Shown here: positions 1-13,729 of the stretch, in pieces
How the letters are laid out: every line of letters begins with the position of its first letter
Position numbering within the stretch: the first letter of the stretch is position 1
Source: Octopus bimaculoides
Lineage: Eukaryota
DNA length: 64,000 nucleotides
Direction: 5' to 3'
Assembly: GCF_001194135.2 (NCBI RefSeq)
Contig: NC_068993.1
Coordinates: 28,299,444 to 28,363,443, forward strand
Made by a program: the position numbers and the translations under genes
Notes under the pieces: model-generated
What the model was told of the DNA's origin: nothing
The model's database searches: none
What the model saw: only the letters and a program-made list of their open reading frames with translations

Positions 1-1569
1 GCAAAAGTATGTATATATATATTCATTATATTAACAGAGACTTTCTCAGTCATAATGTCTGTGTATTCCGAAAATCTAATTTTCTCAGATAAGGTGCATT
101 TCATATTCAAGATGAAACTTTAGGATGTTATCTGGGTAATCAGCTAAGAATCCACTGCATCTTATAGCAGAAACAGCTGTAAGCTAAATGAAGTTCATTA
201 CATAACCTTTGCTTTTTTACCAGTGTCATCTCTTTGTTTTTATTACCACTCTACATTCATCTAGCTTTGTGTTCTGAAGCATACACATTGCCAAAGTGAA
301 ATATTAAAATAATATATATCACTTGGATGATATTTCCAAGTAAGACATTACAACTGTATCTCTTCAAGCACTTCAATTCAGTATACGTACATATATTTAC
401 TTGATTGTCAACCTTTATCAATGGTTTCTCCGACTGTTTTAAACAGAACTGTCAACATTTTTGATGACATGGGCATGTTAGTCTACATTATCATTCTGCT
501 TGTTTGTTCACACATTACACTTTAGCTAGTTAGAGAGAGAAGTGGAGTGGAGTGAGTGAAAAATGGAATAAAAATGTGAGAGATGGAGGGAGAGCAAGAG
601 AGAAAGGGGAAGGTGGAGTGAGTGAGATGGCACGAGAGAGAGAGAGGAAGAAGAGAAAGAAGTAGAGAAAGCTGTATACATACATATCAATATGCTAAGG
701 CCATATGTGTTACACTATCATGTGGATATTAGTTGGAGAGAGAATGAGAGAAGTGTTAAAGATGTGAGGTTGTAGGAGAAAGGAGTAGTTATCATATAGA
801 TAACAAATTAAAGGGAGAGGTATAGAGAGTTAGAAATACAATGTTTAGCAGAGAGGTGATGTTCTAGTGGTGCATTTAAAGAAATGCAAGTAGAGAGAGA
901 GGGGAAGGCAGTTATTTTAAGAGTGAGAGGCAGAGAGAGAGAGAGAGAGAGAGAGTAGTGATGCTATGCCAACCAATGCATTACGCTGTCACATAGTGGA
1001 AGTGAGAGGTGAAGAGGAGAATTACATGGTTAAAAAGTTTGTTGAAGTAGAGAGAAAGAGAGAGAGAGAAATGTAAAGTGTTTAACAGAGGAAAATTTTA
1101 AACATTATTATTATGACTGACAAAAACAAAATTTTAATAGCCAATCATTTTAAAAATCAAACTATTTATTTTTCTATCCACATTGATGGATATATGGAAA
1201 AAAGAAAGCTTACATTAGACATACTAATAAACTTATCATAAATAGAAAGATAGATTTTTCAATGAAAGTGAAATAACCAAGCAAAATAGCTGTGGATGTT
1301 TCTGTTTTTTCATCTTATTTTGTTATTTGAACTTTGTATTGTCAAAGTACAAAGTACAGTGCAGTAGGAAAAGTAGATATAAACAAACAGCTGAACTGAA
1401 CTGAAATGAAACAATTTAGACTGAGTTTTGTTGCTGAAAACTATAATGGTGGTGGGTGAGTGGATAATAAAAAGTGTTTTTTTTAATTGAACTAAATTTA
1501 TATTGCCTATCACAATACAGGAGTATAAGTGCAATTACTTATTTGCTCACTTGAAAATTGATATTCATT

Positions 1570-1880
1570 TATAAAATATGAATGAGAGATGACTTAAGCT
1601 AACAAGAAACAGAATGAGACAGCATAGGCAACAACGTAAAGAGAAGCAGAGGGTTGGATCACTAGTGTAATCACAGAAACAATAGCGTAGAAGGGAAAAT
1701 ATGAATCAAAGAGAAAGTGAGTGTTTGCAATAGATAAGACAGAATAGAAAATGACAATGAGAGAACATCAAAAAAGAAATGAATTTAAAAAATGGTTGAA
1801 AATTACATTGATGACATGAATATTCTATGTAATCATTGTGAAACTCTTAAATTTATAAATGAACTTCTGAGAGACTGGGT
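1570..1880 (+). mobile_element. Possible decayed Helitron N-terminal fragment
   Basis: DMNILCNHCETLKFINE at about 1812-1862 resembles the Helitron M-x3-C-x2-C-x-ALKF-x2-E motif; preceded by R/E/Q-rich degenerate coding sequence. Confidence 0.3.
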
Positions 1881-2449
1881 AAGTCATACTCCCTCAACCA
1901 CAGCCTTTTCCAGGAAGGAAAGACTTTTTTTTTAATGAAAATAAGACAGAATATACAATATCATAAGAAACACTAATTTTAATGTTCTATATATAAACTT
2001 CCAACCATCTAAAAAATTCTGTATTTATTGTGGAATTTCCATGGGTACTGCTGGTATTCTTTATTTTGTAACCTGTTCTGTTGTTCTTAGCAAAGAAATT
2101 ACTCATCTGTTTTCATTCTAATTGTTTATTTCTCACTGAATGTTATTTTGATTTTGGTTCGTTGACTTAAATATCAAATGTTAGGAGGTTTGTTGATGAA
2201 GTATTATATACATTTGGTCTATTTGCATAGAGTTGACATGCAGGTTTATTTCTTAGGTTGTCTTTCAAATTTGAATTAACAATATTACTGCATAAGTTCC
2301 ATATAATGTATGTATTACATAACTTATATAATGCCCATTGGATCAAACCATGTTCACCTTTGTAATTGATTGAAGTATAATCAACCTTCCTTCAGTTATC
2401 AGAATACTACACTAACCAGGTTCATACATGATGTGCTGATAAAGTGATT

Positions 2450-3990
2450 GCCTGGATCATAACCATCCCTTGAATTATAACATATATATAATTTTGTGCA
2501 TTTCAGCCCAAAGGCTGTGCCCATGTTGGGGCACAGCCAGCAGATTTATTCAGTTTGACATTGTCTATTTCTAGCATGTAATGTTGAAATCCTTTCTTCT
2601 GAAGGATTTAGGTATGAGCAGGCAATTCACCAACATCAGTGACCTTGATGTCAGAATCATCACAAATGCTAGAAAGTGTCTTGATTCATGACCATTCTTA
2701 CAGAGTTAAGAAAGGTGACTCACAGTTCAATGTACCTATGGAAGCTATGAAGGCACCAAATTCACTGATCTCATTGAGTTATCTTGGATAACTTTTGGAA
2801 GCACATGCACCAGCCTGGAAATCTCAAACTATATGAATAGTCATGTTATGGACAAGTTCAGGAAGGACTTCGTAACAATCTTCAAAGAATTCAGTCTAAC
2901 CATAACAGTTTCTACCAACTTGACAAAGGCTGACTTCCTGGCCATAACCCTAGACCTGGTAACTGATAAGTACTACCCATAAAGGAAACTGTAAAAGCTC
3001 TCCCTGTAATCAGAAACTTATCTGGAATTAGCAAAACAATCTCTAAATTTCCTGCAGACTGGGATCTTCAACAAGGCTCCACTTAATTACAACAAAGAAT
3101 TAGTGAGGAGTGGACTCACCAAGACGTTAACATATAGAGAAGTCTCACCCACCTCTGCCTCCAAAGATAACCAGAGAAAGAAATAAAATATGGCTAAAAC
3201 CTACTTTTAACCTTGAAATTTCCACCAACATAGCTTGGAGTTTCCTGTTGTTGACCAAGAAGCATTTCCCATGCTCTTCAACTTTTACAATGCTGAGGTT
3301 AGCTACTCTGTTTCGACAACATTGCATGGCACAAAAGATGCAAACACACCCATATACTCCCCTAACCTATAACTACCAGAACCCTAATAATTACCCTCTG
3401 GGTGGATCCTGTCCTTCAAGAGCTGTGGTCTACAGTAACACAAGATACGGATATGACAGACGACTTCAAGGGAAGGTACACACAGCATATGCACTCCCTC
3501 AGTTGTAGGGATAGGGAAAATTCTAACTTCCTGTTATGCTTTATCCGGAGACTTTGCAACCATTGGAACAACCACCTCAACATTGAATGGAACATTACTG
3601 ATAGGCCTCCGCCCTATTCACCCAGAACTCACAATTGCCAGCTGTGCCTCCATGAAAGACTGCATATTTTCTATCAACAGGAAGAATGAGCTATCATATT
3701 GTTGCCACCATATGTACATTATACAGGTAAACTTCGAGCAGCTAATAATCCGGATAGACCATCATAAATCTGACTACCTCATACACAGGAGTAAGATACT
3801 CACCCACCTGTATAAACAAGCTTACCCAAGTAGATCATTCAGTTGCAATGTAACTACATGTACTGTTGGCAATTTCTTCTCCTTCTTTGGATTTTCCCAT
3901 CTCCTTTCTGATGAAGAGCTATGCTCGAAACGTTAAATTCTCTCCTTTCACCAAACTAATATACTTTTTCACATCTGTCATTTTTCTTTT
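2450..3990 (+). mobile_element. Decayed Penelope-like retroelement (RT remnant + GIY-YIG endonuclease)
   Basis: ORF 3402-3689 FKGRYTQH...NIEWNITDRPPPYSPRTHNCQLCLHERLHI matches the Penelope endonuclease C-terminus; terminal ctgatgaagagc...ctcgaaacgtt motif at about 3908. Confidence 0.7.
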
Positions 3991-4039
3991 TTATCCGCTT
4001 ATTTGAACTCTCTCTCTATATATCTATATATTTAGGTAG

Positions 4040-4420
4040 GTACAGGCGTGACTACATGGTAAGAAGCATGCTTCCCAACCACATGGTTCCAGGTTCAGCC
4101 CCACCTCGTGGCTCCTTGGGCAAGTGTCTTCTACTATAGCCTCAGACTGACCATAGGCTTGTGAATGGATTTGGTAGATGGAAACTGAAAGAAGTCTCTT
4201 GTATATGTATACGTGTGTGTGTGTGTGAATTTGTCCCCCACCCACCATCACTTGACAACCAACATTGATGTGCTTGCATCCCCATAACTTAACAGTTCAG
4301 CAAAAGAGACCATTAGAATAAGTATTAGGCTTACAAAGAATAAGTACTAGGGTCGATTTGTTCCACTAAAGGTGGTGCTCCAGCATGGCCGCAGTCAAAT
4401 GACTAAAACAAATAAAAGAA
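4040..4420 (+). mobile_element. tRNA-derived SINE with internal (TG)n
   Basis: Head gtggtaagaagcatgcttcccaaccacatggttccaggttcag; tail ctaaaggtggtgctccagcatggccgcagtcaaatgactaaaac; homologous to other copies in the window. Confidence 0.85.
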
Positions 4421-4546
4421 TATATAGGGCATCCAGCTGTAGAAACTGCCAAATCAGATTGGAGCAATCTGGTTCACCAGTCCTCAGTGAAATCGTCCAA
4501 CCCATGCTAGCATGGGAAGCAGACGTTAAACGACGATGATGATGAT
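4406..4546 (+). repeat. RTE-LINE/SINE 3' tail ending in (GAT)n
   Basis: gggcatccagctgtagaaac...gtccaacccatgctagcatgg...gttaaacgacgatgatgat; shared with many copies. Confidence 0.8.
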
Positions 4547-4692
4547 ACACACACACCTCTGTCAAGCACCATCATAATTCTGGTTACGCTCTTCAAAATG
4601 CTCTCACCAATGTTTGGCAATAAATATAACACATCAGTACATGCAGTCTCATGTGTACACTCCAGACGTATCACACACCACAAACGCATACA

Positions 4693-5998
4693 TACAAGAG
4701 GGTACCCAAAAGAAATCGGAATTTTGCAATATTTTATTCACTTTGTTTTACATGTTTGTACTTCTACTGCCTTCAAAGTATTCTCCATCTGAAGCAATGC
4801 ATTGGTCCAGATGTGTTTTCCATTGTTCAAAGTAGTCCTGGAACTCTTGTGAAGTGATACTTTTAACACCTTTGTCATTTTTTTTCTTTAACTCTTCCAC
4901 ATCTGCAAAACATTTTCCTTTAAGGACTTTCTTTCATTTGGGGAAACAAAAAAATCACAAGGAGCAAGATCAGGTGAATAGAGAAGGGTCGTGTAATTTT
5001 TGGTCAAAAACTGTCTCACACTCAAGGTGGTGTGCACAGGCACGTTGTCATGATGAAACCACTGCTCTCCACTTTGCCACAGGTCGGAGTGTTTTTGTAT
5101 CACTACGTCTTGCAAATGCTTCAGAACTGCTAAGTAAAATGTCTAATTAACAGTTTGACCAGGAGGAATAAATTCTGTGTGGACAATTCCTTTCGCATCG
5201 ATGAAACAAGTCAGCATCATCTTGACATTGGACTTCACTTGATGTGCTTTTTTGGGGCATGGGGACATCAAATGCTTCCATTGACTTCATTGCTGCTTTG
5301 TTTCCGGATTGTAGCCATAATACCAGCTTTCATCACCAGTGATGACCTTTGAAAAAGGGTCCGGATCAACTCCTAACTGTTCTTTCAGTTCACGACACAC
5401 AGTCAGTCATGACTGTTTTGATCTTCTGTGAATAAGCAAAGCACAAATTTTGCTGCACCTTTTTTGATTTGCAATTCTTGACTCAAAATTTGTTGGCAGG
5501 AGCTCCAGGATACACCAGTCATATCAACAAATTCATTAATTGTTCAGCAACGGTCCTCCAAGATCAGTTCATGAATTTTCGTGATGTTTTCATTCGTTCA
5601 GGAGCTCAACAGTCGCTCTGAATGAGGTTGGTCATCAAGCAACACGTGACCGTTCCTAAAGCATGAAAATCACTCGTAAACTTGCGTTTTGCTCATGGTA
5701 GCATCTTTGTAAGCTGTTTGAGGCATGACAACTGTTTCGGCCACCGTTTTCCCTAGCAGAAAACAGAATTTCATGAAAGCACGCTGTTCCTTCGTTTCAA
5801 CGATCGCATAAATTGATGAACAGGGGAGAAGTACTGCAAAACAAAGATACACCACATGGCAGTTGGACTCTAATCAATGATGCCAGTCAGCAGACTGATG
5901 CTGAGGGTTGCATCTGGCTTCTAGCGGCAGAAGTCTGAACTACAATGGGCTTTGTCCCACAGAGAATGTTTCCAGTTACTTATGGGGACCTCCTCGTA
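4693..5998 (-). mobile_element. Mariner transposon, near full length, inactivated
   Basis: Imperfect TIRs tacaagagggtacccaaaag / rc tacgaggaggtccccataag with TA ends; fragments EQRAFMKFCFLLGKT, WFHHDNVPVH, YSPDLAPCDFF. Confidence 0.85.
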
Positions 5999-6199
5999 CA
6001 TACATGTGTCAGATGCTCATACCAATGATTTGCAGACGCTTCCACTTCCTAGACAGGCAATCACCATCAACATCCCGCCTAACCATATGGGCCAGGAACT
6101 CAGTTTCTAATTGTTGCATGTGTCAATAACACTACGTTAGTAACACCATATGACTCATTTTGACCAATAGCAGTACAACATACAGAAGTCACCTAGAAT

Positions 6200-6830
6200 C
6201 TTCTGCGTTCAGACCACCATGCCCGACAAGTTAGGGTCAATGAATGAACCTATAAAACTTTACATTGCATACAGCTGAATCAAACTGTTATTAAATATAT
6301 ATATATATATATATATAAAAAGTCCAACAAACCTTCATACATAGGGCAGTAGTGAAACAACAGCCTGTCCTTTCAGCAGCTGCACTAGAGCCTTAGTTAA
6401 TGGCTATTACCACTGGCAAAATGACCAGGTGCTCAAAGCTGATTTGGAGGTGATGTCAATAACCAAGTAAATACCATCCTAGGAAAGAGGCCATCACTTT
6501 ACTCAGAGGTAAAAAGTATTCCAATTCACTGAAACATCAACAACCATCATACTTACTTTCAACAGCCCCAGACTGGCAGCTGAGAGTGGATCATGTGGAA
6601 CAGTTATAGCTCCCAGACCACATCATACCAACACTCTGCCCAGAAACAATTGTGTTCTCAAATTCCCTCAAACATGAGATGGTGTGGGAACTGTGTTTTG
6701 AGAGGAACACAAGGATGAAGCATGCCAAATATCGGGAGCTGGTAGTGCAGGGCTTGAAAGCATATTGCAAGGCAACAGAAGTGGGCCAATAGCGGGTGGT
6801 CATTCTACAAAGCTCTGAGAGGGCTTGGAG
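6200..6830 (+). mobile_element. Fragment of a non-LTR element with restriction-like endonuclease (R2/NeSL-type C-terminus)
   Basis: Degenerate ALVNGYYHWQNDQVL, PDWQLRVD, PD..., ELC..E..RMKHAKYREL segments. Confidence 0.45.
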
Positions 6831-7049
6831 AGAAGAACATCTGGATAAAAGGGGCAGACCAGTGGTTTGCTACTATTGGATGCAAAGTAGAAGTTCATCA
6901 ACCCCAGATGGTTCAAACTGGTGGTGGTGGTGGTGGTGGTAGGGGTTGTATATAGTTTGATTATTAAATAGAATTTATAAAAGTGGCATAGAGGCAGAAT
7001 CGTTTTGAGAAAATAATATCTTGCACTGTTCTGGTTCTTTACTTTCTTA

Positions 7050-7170
7050 GCTCAGACGCTACAAAGGCCAACTCTGTCTTTCATCCCTCAGAGGTGGAGT
7101 ACTAGAAGTGATGTTATTGATTAAACACCTCCCCTGAGAATTACTGGCTCTGTGCCTAAATCAGAAACAA
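7050..7170 (+). mobile_element. Second SINE family, 3' part (decayed)
   Basis: ctttcatccct...agtactag...ctcccc...aattactggctctgtgcctaaat; related copies at about 32370-32490, 40700-40830 and 48920-49080 on the minus strand. Confidence 0.55.
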
Positions 7171-7663
7171 TAAATACATTGTTTAGAGCAGATGAAAGAA
7201 TTTTAATACATTTCATAGAAAGAATGAATGTGTGTACGTGTATGTGTGTATATATATATTAATATATATATATATACATACATACACACACACGCACACA
7301 CGCACACACACACGTATATACACACACAAAAAAAATGAAATTCTGGACAGTCTTTCTGCATCTATTATTAACAACAATATCAATAACAAATTAACAACTA
7401 TAACCATTAAATTTTCTCATACATTATATAAAGAAAATATAAATAATAAAATTAAAAAACAGCTTGTTTGCATTAGGTTTTCTTGCTGAAGTTGATTTTT
7501 TTTAAAGATCCTTTTTAGATGTCTTTGCATGATTGCCAACCATGAATGTATGGTGTAATGGAACCTGTTTATAATAAAGTGGAGAGCAAGCACGAAAAGT
7601 CTTTCAAAAGTTGAATGCACACAGGCTTTATCTTTTAAACAAACAGTGTCAAGTTTATGTTGG

Positions 7664-9030
7664 TTTATTTGGAAAATAATCACAAATAACAAAACTAGTG
7701 CCAACAAATTAAAAATATTCACAACTCAATAATGCTAACTATTATTCAGAGAAGGTTTTACTATGACTCTAAAAAAACTTTTCAATGGCTATAATGAAGA
7801 TTTTGCATTTTTCCATTAAATCTTGCAAAACAATGTTATATTCATTTTTGAAAATATATTTAAGTTGAATATCTATTGTGCCATTATTTAAAGTTTTGTA
7901 TCAACAGGACTTCCTTGACATTTCAATGAAGAGCACTTTCTTCATTAACATGCCATCTGAAAAATTCATAGATGACAGTGAACTTAAAAATATGTGTCTA
8001 GTTCTTATTTCAACAATATAGAGTACCCTTCACTTTGTACGCCAAAAATACAAACAATATATAATGCATACACACACACATTTCTAAATAAACATGTACT
8101 CAAACATTTATGAACACATGCAAATGGGAATGGGAGGAAAAAACTTGAAAATCACCAAGATTTTATGGTTAATGGAGTATTTATACATGTTAATGTGTCT
8201 ACAAGTGTCTTCTCTCTCTCTCAATTTTTATTTAACACACACCCATTATTAAAATAGAAAAGGAAAATTAATAAAAATAAAACATGAAAATACAGAAAAA
8301 TGTTGCAGTTCAGCCAGGATTGAAATCTAGACAGCCTTAATAGTTTTGGCTTGTATCTAAAACAATGAAAGTAAGTTTTATTTCACTAGTTCTAAGTAAA
8401 AAAAAAAAAAAATTAATACAATGAGCCTCCTTCCATTTTTTCTAAATAATAAACACATTTTTTTTCAAAATAAACTCATAAGTTTGTGAAAAAGATTCAC
8501 ACATGTGTGTGTTCATATATGTGTGGGTGTCTTTGTATGTATATATGTATTTGTATGTGTGTGTATATGCGCATGTATGTATGTAATATAAGCCATTGGT
8601 ATATATGTTTTAAATTAAATGGCTAGTAGAAATAGTAAAGAACTTAGAATTTTTGCTATTATGACGAAATCCCGCCAAACCTGCCTAACAGAAGGCTTCA
8701 ACAGAAAACCCATCCTGGTTTTCCCATACAATAATCTGTTGATTAACTGTAATTTGTAATTTAATTTTTTTTTGTTTTTATATACTTGAAATATTGGGTT
8801 GACCATCTAGAAAAAGACTTGTTCTTGTTGAATTTTATATATATACACACACACACACACACACGCACACACACACACACACATACATGCACACATACAA
8901 TCAATTTTATTTTAACTCACACCACGAATGAATTGCTCTTTTAACTGAAAGTGGCTACAATTTTTGAAGTACCATTTCAGTTCCATTTAAGTTGATGGCT
9001 GGATGGAAATGAAAATACTTTTGCTACATG
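7664..9030 (-). other. Probable calnexin 3' UTR (end uncertain)
   Basis: AT-rich, TE-poor sequence after the stop codon. Minus-strand AATAAA candidates at about 8377-8382, 8227-8232 and 7664-7669. Confidence 0.4.
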
Positions 9031-9055
9031 TTAATCTTTTCTTGAACGCCGTCTT
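9031..9055 (-). CDS. CANX: Calnexin terminal coding exon: RRRSRKD* (basic ER-retention-type end)
   Basis: Strong polypyrimidine acceptor tttcttttattttcttttgtag|A; TAA at 9033-9031; resembles the vertebrate RKPRRE end. Confidence 0.88.
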
Positions 9056-10048
9056 CTACAAAAGAAAATAAAAGAAAAACAAAAACAATTGGAGAATACT
9101 GAAATTTTGTTAAGAAAATTGTCATTTCATTAAAATTGGTATGTTAATAGAGTCCAAATGTCCATTAACATAAAGTTTCACAAGTAGTCATGGTAACGAT
9201 TAAAACACACTGACAGATACTACTGAACAATTACATTGTAGCCATTCATTCAGAATGAGAACTGATTCTTCATTTAGATAAAAAATTATCATTATAATAT
9301 ATTTCATCATTATTTACAAAATTTATCCACTCCCATATCTCATTATGATTGATATTTTCTAAGGCTTCAAACATCAATGATGACCATAACTGGTCAATAT
9401 ATCATCTCTCCAATTTCCCACCACTGAACTTGAACAAACTGGGCTCAGCTGCCATTTGACAATAAGTTCCTTTGACAGATATCAACTTTTTCACCTTGCA
9501 CGATGGAGAGCTTTACTCTCAACCACTTCAAACCACCAATGTAACTTCCCTAGCTCTACCATGCACTCCCACCAGAAGAGACACTAACTGCAAGCTACAT
9601 ACAGGCAAGTTGTCAAAGAAAGCAGTAACTCGATACAAGGTAGAGGTGACTTGTTAAACCTACTACAAACTATCTAACTAGTGTTAGTGGCATAAAATGT
9701 ACCCAGTCCAGGCTATCAAGTAGTTTGAGATCATCCAGCATCAGAGGTGACTCATCTCATCTACACTAGCATGGAAAAGGCAAACTTAAAATGCTTATAG
9801 TATATAATACTATTAAGAAATAAAACAAAGCTGAATGTAATAATATATGTATGCATGTTTTACATGCCTGTGGTGACCATGGAATCATTCCTTTTCAATA
9901 CACATTTAGAGACAAAAAAAAATCTCTTAAAAATTTCTATTCTATTAAAAAAATAGATGTTAATATAATCCAAATATATAGAAGACTATTTTTGTATCTG
10001 GTCTGCACAATTCTTTATGTGAATTCATAGGTTGAAACAAATTTTGTT

Positions 10049-12794
10049 GTCTGGTCAACAAAAAAAAATTTTTTGAAATGGTGTTGAGACACCAAACATC
10101 TTTTTTTAGCTAATTTGAGGGTGCTGAATCTGAAAATGACCTTACTTTTTCTTGGTTAGCTAGTTTTTGCTGTACAGAAATGCCTCATTTTTGGAGAAAA
10201 AAGCATTTTTTGCATTTGTTTTCTGTATATTTGATATTGATCAATGGCAATATTTTTTAAAGTAAAATTGTAGAAACCTCTCAATTCATATTTAAACCAA
10301 CAAATATTGGTCTGCTTATTGAGAAATACTACTTTTGCAATAACAATCAGACCCTAAGTCTTTAAAAATAACACAATTGAATATACCAAGACCAACAAGT
10401 ATTTTCATCAAATCGTTAAATAAACTAACAGCAGAAATAAAACCTTCGTGAACATAAGAACTATGGTAAAAATTTTCTCTTTCTTGATTGCCATATTCAA
10501 TGTTATTTAAGTCCCTTTTGATACTCCAGCAGTAGTCAGCTATCATTTGATTGTCTCACCGTCTCTGGTAGCGCTCTTCCATTTTGGTATCCTGATGGAT
10601 ATCTTTCTCCTTGCTCATCACTCACATCGCCACAATTATCCAGAAATTTATCTAGATGGCTATGTAAAAAAATGAACCTTAATACTCATATTAGCGCCTA
10701 TGTCCTGAAGACTTTTCAACAGCTTTTCATCACGTCAACAAATGATGTCCAAACACGTAATTCCAAGTCATTCATTGAATTAAATTCATCATCCTTAGTA
10801 AGTTTCCTGATATCAGGACCACCAAACACTCCTGCTTTGAGTTTTTCAGTGCTAAGTCCTGGAAACGATTTACATATAGACTCAAAACATTTACTTTCTT
10901 TGTTGAGTGATTTTACATACTGTTTCATTAATCCCAATTTGATATGCAAAGGAGGGAACTAGCGCTGCACTAATAACACTCTTTTCACTGGCCTTCAACT
11001 CTCTTTCCTTTTCCAATGCCCCTCTTTTGCTCTACTCTCCCACATACACAAAAAATATGGGAAGTTCGTGTAGCCACTTTGTTGACCAAGCAGGAAATTT
11101 ACCATTTTCAAATCAACACACAACACCCATTTATGTTTGGTATAGTCAATCTGTTCCAGAACCTGCTTGATGGCATCATGTTTTTTTTTCAGTGTTGTTG
11201 TATGACCTGTAGGTATTGGCGCATACATGTTGGTATTATGGAGCAAAACACATTTTGAACTATCAATGAACAATCTCCATTTATTAGGATCATATTTGTG
11301 GACGCTTAGTCAAAGAACGCTCTCAATGTCATTGCAATGAACAAGATCCATGTTCTCATTAAAGATTGGTACAAATTCGGCATCCCTATTTTGATAGAAT
11401 GTTACCTTTGTGCCTTTTGCTAACATGTATTTTTCATTGAGCCTAGAGGCCAAAAGTTCTGCTGATTCTTTGCTTAGATTTAAGTCTCGAACCAAATCAT
11501 TCAGCTCATTTTGGTTAAACGGCTCTGGCACGGTTTCGGGAACATAGTCAGGATCCTTTTCTCTGTATCGCTCATTTACATCAGTATCAGACATGTCACT
11601 TTCAACAAGTTTCAACAAATTTTTATGAAAAACTGGGATTGGCAAATCATCTGAATGCAGTACTGGCTGAATAGCGGAATGAAGACTGGGATAGTCGATA
11701 GAACTGCGTTTCTTTTGGTTCAGTCCCACAACACTGACTGAGCAGAAGTAACATTTGTCAGAGTGGTTCTTTGGCTCACGTCAGATCATAGGAACAGCGA
11801 ATCTCAGCGATTTTCGGGTACCTGGAGTCCACTGTCTCATGTGTTCCAAACATGTCTGGCAAACAATGTGAAGGGCCCATGATTTGTCCTGACCACCAAG
11901 CTCGATGTAAAAGTAAGCACGATAGGCTTTCTTGTAAAAGTTAGATATCGGGTTTACTGTTGGCTTTTGGTGTGAACTCGCCGCATATATAGCAAAATAA
12001 GTTGGGATCATTTTTGCATTTTCTCGTTGAAGCCATGTTATTTGATGTCTACCTCTATGATTAAAAAATAACACAAGTTGGTTGAGCATTTACATTACAC
12101 TTTGCATGTTCACATTTAGCTAATTTGATCTTTCCTAATGTCCCATTGAAAGACTCATAAAACTGCCAATAGCAAGAGATGGAAAGAGTCTTTACGCTGA
12201 TTCTACTTTGTATCTTTGTAATCCCGCATGGAGGGCAGATGTTATGGTGAAACCATTTTCAAGATGTTCAAATGTCTTTAGTTGGAGTTTTTTTTTTCCA
12301 ACTGTGAAAACAAAAGCTCTTAATGTGCTTGGTTTTCTTCCATATTGAAAGGAAGATGGGATAAATTTATGAATATCAAACAAAAGATTTTAGGGTTTCA
12401 TTTTTTTGATGTCACCTTAATTATCAGGTTTACTAGTCTATTACTGAAAAAGTTTATCAGTTAATTAAAATTTTGGCAATAAATTGGAAAAATTCTGTAC
12501 TTCTATTTTAAAAGTTTCGACTCAAAAACACTTTTTTCTTAAAAAATTATTTCAGGTGGCTGATGTAAATTGCTCAGCCTACTTGAAAATTCATGGGTTT
12601 CTACTACCTTTTTGAACTAAATTTTGCGATCAGCCAAGATCGTAAATTGATCTTTATTCCAAAAATGAACAATTTCAGTACAGCAAAAACAGTAGCTAAC
12701 CATGAAAAACTAAGGTCATTTTCAGAATCAGGACCATCAAATTAACTAAAAAATGTGTTTTGTTTCTTGGCACCAAAAATTATGTTGACCAGTG
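10049..12794 (-). mobile_element. Chapaev3-like (CMC) DNA transposon, near full length, frameshifted
   Basis: Minus-strand end begins taa|CACTGGTCAAC; imperfect ~150-bp subterminal inverted repeats (10100-10180 vs 12675-12760); fragments LGGQDKSWALHIVCQTC, YPSLHSAIQPVLHS, CVDLKMVNFLLGQQSGYT, HIKLGLMKQYVK, KLKAGVFGGPDIRKL. Confidence 0.75.
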
Positions 12795-12832
12795 TTATTA
12801 ACACATGCACTGATTCAGTTCCACTCCTTTAT

Positions 12833-13189
12833 TATCAGGTCATCCCATAAGTTCTGTCTGAATTTTGAATAAAGAAAACAAGCGATCAAATGTTATATTT
12901 AATTGAAATTTAATCATCAATGTACTTTCCCTGATTATCTATGACTTCCTTCCATCTATTTACGAGCTTTTTAATCCCATCAATGTAAAATTCTTTTGGT
13001 TTCAAAGCGAAGAACTCTGAAATGTCAGTTTCGACCTCCTCCTGGCTTGTGAAAATTATGTCCCCCAAATGATTCTGTAAACTATGAAACAAATGGTAAC
13101 TTTGTTTCATAAACATTCTAAAATACTATTAAATTTCATTCAATTTTAAAAAAGGTAAAATCGGACAGAACTTATGGGATGACCTGATA
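12833..13189 (-). mobile_element. Internally deleted mariner (MITE-like, ~355 bp)
   Basis: Perfect TIR tcaggtcatcccataagttctgtc at both ends with TA duplications; retains only the transposase C-terminus (ORF 12910-13116). Confidence 0.9.
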
Positions 13190-13620
13190 TTAGTCAAATG
13201 GTTAAATATCCAGCTAACTCGATTGATTGTTTAATTTTGTTAAACAATAAGTGATTTGTTTTGTTTGTCAAAGCTCTTTCGTTGCTACTTGCAACTTTGT
13301 TGTGTGCGCGTGTGTATGCATACTTCTGCTTCCTTGTGTGTGCATGCTTAAGTGTATCTACGCATGAGTTTGTGTATATGCATGAGTGCCTATATATGTT
13401 TTTGTGTGTGTGCATGTCTGTACTACCTATATACCTACCTTCCTTCATACATACATACCTTATTTATCTACCTATTAACTTGCCTATCTTCCTACCTATC
13501 TAGCTACCTACATAACTGACTAAGTAACTAACAATCTATATAACTGACCTAACCATGTAAAACCCATCTACTTACCTATCTACCTACCTATTTACCTACT
13601 TCACAAATGTACCTATGTGC
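13190..13620. repeat. TG/TACC/TATC-rich microsatellite composite; related oppositely oriented copy at about 15100-15540
   Basis: Shared core ttgtcaaagctctttc and tacttctgcttc..tgtgcgtgtg; simple repeats. Confidence 0.55.
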
Positions 13621-13729
13621 ACGTACTGTGTGGATGATATGTGACATTGGTGTATTCCTACCTTCTATGTATATTTCCTATTTAGTATGGGTAATGTTTC
13701 ATTTACAAGGATGTACTCTTTTATTTGTC

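Noticed and set aside
520-1080. Purine-rich stretch as a possible coding or regulatory feature
   Set aside because: Low-complexity (GA)n-derived sequence with no ORF or motif support.
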